A DNA stretch of 49,606 nucleotides from Rhizaria sp. SCN 62-66 (Eukaryota). Under the pieces are notes generated by a model that was not told the DNA's origin, ran no database searches, and saw nothing but the letters and a program-made list of their open reading frames with translations. The first letter of the stretch is position 1, and the number at the start of each line of letters is the position of its first letter. This document shows, one piece after another, positions 9,501 through 19,500 of this stretch. The position numbers and the translations under genes are program-made. Location of the stretch: assembly GCA_001724265.1 (NCBI GenBank), contig MEDY01000215.1, forward strand, positions 1 through 49,606. The letters are read 5' to 3'.

Positions 9501-11624
9501 CCCGACGCCGCCGCGCTGGCCGCGGACCTCCGCGCCGTCATTGAGGCCTCGCTGATGTTCTTCACGCCGCTGGCTGAGGCCGCCGCCGCGCTCGCAGTGC
9601 CCGCGCCGCACCTGCGCTGGACGGCCGACGTGCCGCCCGCGCCGGCCCCGGCCGTGGCCGCCACCATCGCCGCCGCGCTGCCCGCGCTCGGCCCGTCGCT
9701 CCTCGCGGACAGGCTTCACTTCCTGCTCCTCGCCCTGCTCTGCGGCGCCGCCCCGCGCGGCCTCGCGTCGTCTGCGCTCTCGGCCGCGGCTGCCGTGGCC
9801 GCTGACGTGGCGCAGCTCAAGAAGAACTACGCGCAATACCTCGAGACGTTCCTCGCGGCGTCCATGTCGCCCGTGGCCGCCGCGACGGCCGCGGCCGCGA
9901 TTGCCGACCCCACTTTGCTGCCGCTGGGCGCGCTCGCCGCCGTGGCCGCCGCGGGACAAACCGGCAACGCGCCGGCCGCCATCGCCGCCGCCGTGGCCGC
10001 CGCCAAGGCCGAGGCGCGCCACGCGCTGCCCGCGCCCTCCGCAGCGCAGCAGGTTGCGCTCGCGGCCGCCGGTGCGCGCACGCCGCTGGGCGCGCTGTCA
10101 GCGCTCGCTGCGGGCGCGCATCCCGTCTTCTTCCTCCTGCTCGCGCGCGCCGCCGAGCTGCTCGTGCGCCGCGAGGGCCCCCGCCTCATCACTATGGCGC
10201 AGGCGTCCTTCGGCCGCTTCGGCGCCGACGAAGACGCCGCGGGTTTCGCCGCCTTTGCCGCGGGGTCTCCGACGCACGCACAGGCCGCCGTGGCCGCCGA
10301 CGTTGCGCGCTGGTTCGCCACTCTCGTCCCCGCGGCCGCCGCGCCCGCCGCGCCGGTCCGCGGGCTGTACATCCGTGCCAGCGAGTCCTCGGGCGCCGCG
10401 CCCGCCGTGGCCGCCGCCGTGGCCGCGGGCGTGTCCGCGCTCGCCGCGCTGGCCGTGGTCCCGCCCACGCTCGCGCTGCGCTATGTGCAGACGTACACGG
10501 CGCACTTTGCCACGGCAGAGACGCTCCGCGTGTCCGGCGCCGCGGCGATCAACGTCACGGCCCGCTCGCGCGCCGCCGCCGACGCCGCCGCGGGCTGGCC
10601 CCCCGGCGCCGCCGCCGAGACGGAGGTCCGCGCCACGCTCACCGCCGCAGGCGCGCCCGCCGTGCTGCCGCTGTGCGCTGCCACCGCCGTCGCGGGCCCC
10701 GCCGGCCCGTCCGCGGCGGCTATGGCGACGCTGCTGCTGCTGGAGACGGCGGCGGAGGAAGTCTCGGCGGTGCTGGGGCCCGACCGCCGCGTCGCCACGC
10801 AGCGCGCGCGCGAGCGCGATGTCGAGGCCACGCGTCTCATGCACCGCGCCGCGGCGCTTTCCGCGGCGGCCGCGCGCAACAAGCACGCCGGCGCCGTGGG
10901 CGTCGTCTTCGGCGCTCAACCGGCCGGCGGCGCTGCGTCCGCGTCTGCGTCCGCATCCGCCGCCGGCGCTGCGACCGCCGCTGCTGGCAACGCCGCCACC
11001 GGGGCCGCGAGCGTGTTTGGCGCGGGCTCGGAGGGCAGCGAGGCGCAGCAGCGTCTGCTGCGCGACCTGGACCGCGACATCACGCGCATGCTCAAGCGTC
11101 GCTCCACCGGCGCCGGGCTTGGTCTCGGCCTTGCTGTCGTGGGGCCCTCCGCTGGCGCGACCTCAGCCGCCGCGGCCGCCGCGGCCGTGGTGGGCGTGAG
11201 CCGCAACGACGTCGTCGCCGCGCTGGCCGCCGCCGCCGTGCGCGCGTCGGGCACGCGTCTGCGCGCGCTGGCGCTCGACCGCTGGGCGCTGTGGCAGGCG
11301 CAGGTCGATCTCGCATGCGTGCGCCGTGCGCTGCGCAGTGTCGTGCCGGACCCGACCCCCTCTGCCGGCGCGGGCGCGGGCAGCGAGGCCGCTGTTACCG
11401 AGGTTGGCGCGCACCTGTTCGCGCTCATCGACGACGCCGGGCGCACGGCCGCCGCGCGTTTCAGCAAGCACGCCGACGCGGCCGCTGCGACTGCGCTTAA
11501 GACCGTTGTCGGCACTACGGTCAAGAGTGTGGTGGTTGAGCCCGTTGACGCCGCCAGCAAGGCTATGCTCTCGGACGCGCGCGTGCAGACGATTCTCGCC
11601 ATGTCGCCCCCGATGCCCAACTAA
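6522..11624 (+). CDS. VPS51: GARP/EARP complex subunit VPS51, expanded by Ala-rich insertions (1700 aa)
   Basis: ATG 6522 [11 protein letters not shown]. Vps51 N-terminal signature [11 protein letters not shown]...[43 protein letters not shown]. C-terminal [12 protein letters not shown] motif. TAA stop. Confidence 0.88.
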   Translation: [1700 protein letters not shown]

Positions 11625-12148
11625 AGCAGAAGAGAAAACACACAGGGGAGCAACAGCGTGACCACTCCGATGGGCGAGCTTGTTGCAAGCGTTTTCGCTC
11701 ACGTTATGATTAGGAAATGACTTGGAATTATATTGAACGAAATACACATATGATATTACATCTGTTTCTACTTTTAACATCTCAATCAATATTGATAAAT
11801 CCACTTGAACTTCTCGAATTGTCATTTCAGACTCTGGTTCGTGAAAAACCGCTGCAGCCAGCGACTACGAACGTGAGGAAGCGAAGATGTGGTGGGAAGA
11901 TATGAAAGAGGCACAGGCCCCTTTGTTGTCGACTATATCTGGTGTTGCAATTTGTTTATACATGAAATAGTGCACATATAACGCGCAGCTTGATTTAATA
12001 TGTCTTCTTACGTTGCTATCATGGTGTAATTTGATGAAACTTGCCTCGCAGACCCCCTCCTACACTCGTCACCTACTGCGCCACTTGCAGCACACCTTGA
12101 GAGTTCCCGTGTGAGTTCCGCAGGTCTGTTCACTTTCAGTCGCGCACA

Positions 12149-15100
12149 ATGCAGCCGTCTCCCGCCTCCGGCGCCGATTCCGGAGCCGCGCCGGCCAAGA
12201 ACGACACCCACCAGATCAACCTTCTCTTTGCGAACGCCCAGGTGCCTCTGACGACCATGCACCCCGCCGCCGGAACGACCACTCTCGCGAACGGCATGGC
12301 GATGAGCGGCGACTTCGGCGTGCACGGGACCGGCATGAACGCGTTGGGCGGCGTCCCGCTTGCCGGCGTGTCCGGTTTGGTCACGCGCGGCCCGCGCGGC
12401 GAGCTGTTGACTGAGTTCCCCAGCAACCCCACTCTGGCGCTGCTTAACACCGACCCGTCGTCGTTTACGGCCTCGTACGACCTCACACACGGCCCCGCGG
12501 GGCTGGCGACAGCGACCATTGGCGCAAACCCGCTGCCACCGCTGCCCGAGCATGACTACGCCGTGTCCTCCTTCACCACGACCACGACGGCCAACACCGG
12601 CGCGACCGACAACAGCGCCACCACGACGGGCTCCACACAGCCCGCGCTGCCACCGCAGCACCTGCTGGGCTCGGTCCCCGTCGCCGGCTCGCCCGAGTCT
12701 CTGCACACGGCCCCCGCGGCGCCCGTGCGCGCGCTCCAACTCGGTGGTGTACTCGGCGCCGTTCTGCCCCCGCCCTCTGACGCTTCAACTGGGATGCTCC
12801 CGCCGTCGTCGTCCGACTCGTCCGTGGGGCTCTCGTCGCTCACCAGCGGCGCCGTGCCGCACATCGGCGTGCTCCCTGTCGCCGGTTCCATGGGGCCTGC
12901 GCCCTCCCCCATCGCCGGCTCCGGCTCAGGCTCAGGCCCAGGCGCCTACGGCGGCGTCCCCACAGTCTCCACTGCACACACACACACCGACGCCGCCGCC
13001 GCCGTGGCCGCGGGCTCCCCGCACCTGGCGCTGCCGCTGCCCGCGGCGGGGCTCGAAGTCGCCGACTCGGGCGCGTCGTCGCACGCCTCTATGCTTGAGG
13101 AATCCCTCGACGACGCCGCCGCGGCCACCGCTGACCAGGCCTCGTCGCACCTTGACCCCGCCGCGCGTCGGGCTGCGGCGGCGCGGCGCCAAGAAGAGAG
13201 CGCGCAGCTCCAGGAGGCGTTCCTCAGCCTCAGTCTTGCTGGCTCCGCGGGCCCTATGCACGCGACAGCGGCACACGCAGTCTACTCATCTGCACAACAA
13301 CAGCAACAGCAACAGCATCCCGGTCACACTGCGCAGTCGACCCACGCGCACGGCCACGGTGTGGCGCCGCTGGGCTTCGGCCCGCATGCGCAGCCCGGCG
13401 CGACGCTGACGCCCGCCACGGTCACAATGCCGGCGTCCTCCGCCGCGGCCGCCGCAGCCGCAGCCGCCGCGCGTGGGCCCGGCGCGACGATGACCGACGG
13501 CTCAGTCGACTTCAACAACGCCTCGGCGCAGTACTTTTCAGGCGGCGCTTCGACGGCGGGCGCTGCGGCGCCGGCGGGCATGACGACGTACCCAAACCCG
13601 GCCACCCTCGGACTGGGAGCCGCGGTGATCGCGGGGCTGGGCTCGTTCGACGCCTCCGCGCTCGCGGCCGCGACTGCCGCCGCGACGGCGACGGCCGTGG
13701 CCAACGCACAGAGCACGGGCCGCCCCGCCGCGCTGCTCGTGCGCGGCTCCTCCACAGGGCTCGGCGGCTTCGTCGTTGACACACCCGCGCACGCACAGCT
13801 CGCCACAGGATTCAACGCCGGCGGCAGCGGCGGCGACAGCGCCGGCGCCAGCGAGCTGCCGCTGCAGCAGCTGGGCTTCCAGACCACGATGGGCTCCCCC
13901 AGCGCCTCGGGCCCCGGCGGCGCGGCGGGCGCAGAGCACACGGGCATGGCACTGGCGCTCGCGCGACCCGACCTGGCGCGGCTGCATCTCAGCGCGTCGC
14001 TGGACCAGTCAGGGCTCGTCATGGTCCGCATGGGCGACTCGACCGTCGCCGACGACTCGGCCGCCGCCGCCGCGGGCGACTCGCTGCAGAGCGACGCGAC
14101 GGGCGCCACGGCCGGCACGGCCGGCACTGCGGGCACGGCGGGCACCGCGGCGAGCGGCCGCAGCGGCCGCAGCGGCCACACCGTGCCCGTGGTGCTCCCG
14201 CCCGGTCTGCGTGTGGTCAGCGGCGCCCCCGCGCTCGCGTCGCCGCTCTCAATGACTGTCAAACCGCTCATCGGCGTCGCCGCCGACATGGCCGCGACGG
14301 AGGCGTACGAGCAGCAGCGCACCAACCGCGCCATCGCGGTCGCCGCAATCGCCGCCACGGCCGCGCAGATGGCGCATCCGCCGCCGTCGTCGCTGGCCGC
14401 GATGCCCGAGTCCGTGGCGCCGCCCGCGCCGCTGCTGGGGCTGCCCGGCGTGCACCCGTTCGGCTCCGCGCCTGGCCAGTTCCTCAGTGTGCCTCACATG
14501 CACAACGGCGGGGCGGGGTCGCGGCGCGGCAGCCACGGCGGCGGCGTGACGCCGGGGAGCCGCAACGGGAGCCGCGCGGGCAGCCACGCCGGCAGCCAGC
14601 AGGGTAGCCGCGCGGGCAGCCGGCTCGCGTCGCCGGCGAGACGCGCGCGCGTGGGCGCGGCGCAGGCGAAAGAGCCGCTGCCGATGGACGACTCGGGCCA
14701 CGTGCGGCTGCAGCGCAAGACGGGCACCAAGAAGCGCCGCGAGCGCCGCAAGGCGCCCGGGTGCAACTGCAAGAAGTCTCGCTGTGTGAAGCGGTACTGC
14801 GAATGCTACGCAGGCGGCCGGTTCTGCACCGAGGAGTGCCAGTGCTGCGACGACTGCATCAACATCGACTCGGCCGAGATGCGCGAGATCCGCGAGCGGT
14901 TCGTCGCGCAGACGGTCAAGCGCAACGGCGCCGCCGTGTTCGAGACGGCAGAGGACCGCGGCACCGTGACGTGCAACTGCGTCAAGTCGGGCTGCCAGAA
15001 GAACTACTGCGCGTGCTACCAGGCCGGCGTGGCGTGCGTCGCCGCCTGCAAGTGCAACGAGTGCCACAACAACAAAGATCTCGCTTTCGGCGCTCCCGGC

Positions 15101-15793
15101 GGCGCCGCGCGCAAGCACTCGCACGGCCACGGTCACGGCGCTCACAGTCACGCTCCCGGTCACAGTGCGCACGGTCACGGGCGCGCGGGCAGTCGCGGCA
15201 ACTCGCGGCCCGTGACGCCCGGCCGCTCGCCGGGCCGGTCCCCGGGGCGCGCGACGACGGGCGCGGCGCGGCGCGGCTCCACCGCGGGCGCCGGCACGGG
15301 CGCGGGCGGGATCATCGACGGCGACGCTGAGGGCTCGGCGGTGCAGCTGCCCGCGCCGCAGCAGACGTACGGCACGTACCTGTCGCCGCCGCCGCGGCAG
15401 AGCTTCGGCGGGCGTGGCGGCAGCGGCGGCGGCAGCGTGGGCGCGTCGCCGAACGGCACGCCCGGCGGCAGCCCCGCACTGGGCAGCGTCAGCGCGGGCG
15501 ACGACGTGGCGCCGCTCGACGGCGGCGGCGGCGGCGACAGGCTGCAGACGCGCCGCGGCAGTGTGCGGTCTAAGCGCGGGCTCCCGGAGTCGTCACGCAA
15601 CGCGACCGTGCAGGAGCGGCGTTTCTTCCCCACGCCCGCCAGCGCCGCCGGCGACAGCGACGACGACGATGACGATGACGGGGACGAGGAAGACGGCGAC
15701 GAGGAAGAGGATGATGACGAAGACGGTGGCGACGAAGAGGAAGACGAAGAGGAGGGCCGCGTCACGAGCACGGCGACCTCGCCCGCCGCGTAA
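12149..15793 (+). CDS. Tesmin/TSO1-like CXC domain protein (LIN54-like DREAM/MuvB subunit)
   Basis: Two CXC domains at about 14762-15070: [34 protein letters not shown] and [33 protein letters not shown], preceded by a basic NLS-like run KKRRERRK. The rest is low complexity. TAA stop. Confidence 0.85.
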   Translation: [1214 protein letters not shown]

Positions 15794-16589
15794 TCGCTGC
15801 GTAGCACGCGACCTCGTGTGTGATTGTGTGATCGATCGGCGGTGCGTGACTCTGAGTCACGCCTTTTGCGTCATTGTGAAACGTGCACTTATGTTTGCAC
15901 TGTTTCATTTCCTTGTTCTGTTACTTTTACTTGACTACACTAGAGTTGTGATATGTTTTCTGTTTTTATCTGTGACACGAGTTACGCTGTATGGAACCAA
16001 AACAATACAATGATCATGTTACATTTCCAAGCGCGTTGAGAGTGAATGAAGGAGCTCTTTTTGGGAATTATAAAATGTATTTGTTACCAATTGATTGTCG
16101 CTCAGCGGGAATACGCCTTGAAACCTCTGCTTCAGTCTTGTGATCCACACATAGTCAAATCATGTCAAAGTTATCGATCGAAAGTTAGTTATTTTTGTTT
16201 GGTTTTAAAGTTTTAAGTTACCATTGAAAAAAATTCTCGAAACATCATCTTCTCTCCTCCATCCATCACACAAATGAACAACAAAATCCACTTCCTCCAA
16301 GTTCTGCTGCGGTACGAAGGCAAAAAACTGTTTGCCGCACAAGCAGCCACAGTCTGCGAGTTGCGTGTTAACGCTATGATGAGCAAAGCAAGCACAGCGT
16401 TGCTGTTTTTATAAGTGTCACTCACTGCCGCCCCCGCGGCAAAGAATAACAAAAACAGCAACGTTGTGTGCTTCTCAACACTGTCAATTCATAACAGCAA
16501 CAACACGAGACCGAGGTCAAAGTGGTCGTGTTAGAGACCAACGACGACCACAGCACAGCACGCACGCACTGTAGTTTAGGCCAGTGAGC

Positions 16590-19500
16590 TTAGTAGAAGC
16601 CGCCGGGGCCGCCCATGCCGGGCATGCCACCCATGCCGCCCATGCCGCCCATACCCATGCCCATGCCGGGCATCGGGGCCGCGCCCATGGAGCCCATGCC
16701 GGGGACGTGGGTGAGCATCAGGGGCGCGTTGGCGCCAGCCATGAGGTGAGGGGGCACGCCGGTGAGGCCGAGGCCGACAGCGTCCTGGGCGCCGTCAACC
16801 TCCTCCTCCTTGGCCTTCTTCTCCTCAACCTTCTCGCGGACCTGGGCGTCGAGGCGCTTCTCGACGGTGGCAAGGCGCGCGTTGTACGACTGGAAGGTCT
16901 GGATCATGTAGGGCATGGCGAAGTTGGTGAGGTTGTGGCGCCACGCGAGCTCGAGCACGATGTCGGGCGTGATGAAGTCGTAGCACGTGTAGAGCATCGC
17001 GGAGAAGCACTGCTCGAGCTTCTGCGCAACGAAGAAGCGCAGGAGCGACTCGCACAGAGCGGGGTCCTTGGAGCTCGTGGCCGTGTCGATGGCGTCCTGC
17101 CAGAACTCGTCTTTCTTGCTCAGGTCGATGGACTGCTCGAAGCGCTCGGACTTCTTGTAGAGCAGCGCGGCGATGCGGCGGAACTCAAGGAGCTCGTGCT
17201 TCTGCAGACGGACGGCAAGACCCATCTGGTCGAACGAAGAGTGGTCCTCGATTGAGCCGCGGAGCGCACGGTGGTTCTCCTCGAGGATGTAGAGGTCGTT
17301 GATGGCCTCGTTGACGACGGGGAGGTCCGAGTGCTGAACGTGGACGAGGTACGACTGGATCAGAGGCAGGTGCTCGGCGTTCTTGACCTTGGAGACGACG
17401 CGCGAGTGGTCGAGCTTCTTCTCGTTCTCAAGCAGCACGTCCGAGAGGAGGAGCGGGTGAGCAGAGAGGTAAAAGTCGATGGCGCGGTAGAAGATCTCGG
17501 TGTTGGAGCACTTGACGAGGACGTCCTTAAAGAGGTCGTGCTTCCACGCGGCAGCAGAGTGCTCCATCATGAGGTCGATGGCGTTCTCGTACTGCTCGTC
17601 CTGCGAGCACAGGAACACAGCCTCGGGCCACAGCAGGTTCTGACGGCACGCGGCGATGAGCTGAGCAACGTTGGCACGGGCGTGGAAAAGCTTGACGTGC
17701 TCCATCATCTTCTCCTCCTTGTACTTGGCGTAGCACACGCCGAGCTGAGTGAAGATACCCTGGTGCGGGCGCTCGATGTTGATGCCCTGCTCGAGCAGCG
17801 CAATGAGCTCGGTGAAGTAACCGCGGCGCTCATAGTGCTGCACGAGATCCATGAGGTGCTCGTTCATGCCGATGACGTTGAGACCGCAAACCTGAGCGAG
17901 ACGGAACTTCTCGGCGTCGGCGCAGGCAAAGCACACGAACTTCCACGTCTGGATCGCCTTGGCCTTGCGGGCGGCGTCGACGGCCTCCTGCCAGAGCTCG
18001 AGCTTGACGAGGGTCATCGCAAGCTTGGCGAAGTTGTTGAGGTGCGTGTAGATGACGCGCGCGGCCTTGTACAGGCCCTCGGAGAAGGCGCGGTCGCCGG
18101 CGTCGACGAGACGGCCAGAGAGAGGCTGCTGGACAAAGTCCTCGAGGTCCGCGAGGCGGTCCGCGCGGGCAAAGGCGTAGAGCAGCTCGGCGTCAATGGA
18201 CGCGTCCTTGCCCTTGGTGCGGGCCATGCGGAGGTAGTCGATGAGAACGTTGTAGAGCTCGATGATGGCGGCCTCGTCCGAGGTCTCCTTGGTGAGCGCG
18301 GTGACGGTGTTGATCATCTCCTTGGCGCACGAGGCATCCTCGGCCTTGAGCAGCGACTTGGTGGCGGCCTTGACGTCGCGCGCGGCGAGCTGGGCCTTAC
18401 CGAGCAGGGACCACACGTCGGGGTGGTCGACCTGAGTGGCGAAGTCGAGAGCGCGGGCAATGTCCTGGATCTTGTCGATGAGGACAGCGACGGCCTCCTT
18501 GGCCTTCTTGGCCTTCTTGAAGATGAAGAAGGCCTCCTCGTACAGAGCGTTGGCGTCGTTGAGGCACACCTCAGCGATCTTGTCCGTGTCGTAGTTCTCA
18601 AGACGCTTGATGTACTCCATCACACGCTTCTTGTCGGCCTTGACGGCGGTGAGGATGAGGAGGTTCTGGAGGTTCTTGTTGTCCTGGAAGTGACTGGCGT
18701 TCTCGCCACCGCGCAGCATGAGGCGCTCGAGCAGCTCGATGAGCTCGGTGGGCAGGTCAGCGGCGATGAAGGCCTTGACGGTGACCGAGACCTCGTCGGG
18801 CGAGTGAGACTCGGGCAGCGCAGTGGACACAACCTGGTCGACAAGCTGGCGGCGGTAGGGGTTCGACTCAATGAGCACGATCTCCCACGCGGCGAGGTCC
18901 ATGCGCTCGACGAGGTAGCGGGCCTGGTCCTTGAAGAAGCCGTTCTTGTTGGTGACCTCGATGAGCTCCTTGTCACACTTGCCCTTCTTGTACACGATCA
19001 CCGCGAGACGAGGGTCGCGCGACTCGCAGAAGGCGCCCACCACAAGCGGGTCGTACAGCGTGTTGGTCTCGAGGAAGTGCTTGGGGTTGTTGTTGCCCTC
19101 GATGAAGACCTTGGCGAGCGACGTGTAGACGTGGCCGTCCTTGGAGTCCTCAGCGACACGCGCCTCAAGCCAAGTGCGGAACAGACGCAGGCGGTTGCGC
19201 TTCTCAAGCACCTCGGTGACCTTGGTCACCCACTCCGGGTCGTCAGCAGGAGGGCGGATGCCGTCGAGCATCTTCTTGACCTGCTCCTCACCGGCGTTGA
19301 GGTCGATGAGCGTGCCCACCACGGCGGGGGCCGCGGAGGGCGCCATGCGCTGCACGAACGCGTCGAGGAACTGCACGAGGTTGTTGTTGAACAGGAACGT
19401 GGTGAGCTCCTCGAGGTAGTTGAAGCGGTTGCACACGTGGATCAGCGCACGGGGGTCCTTGAGAGTCACAGGCTGCTCCATGAGGAACTCCTTGACCTCC

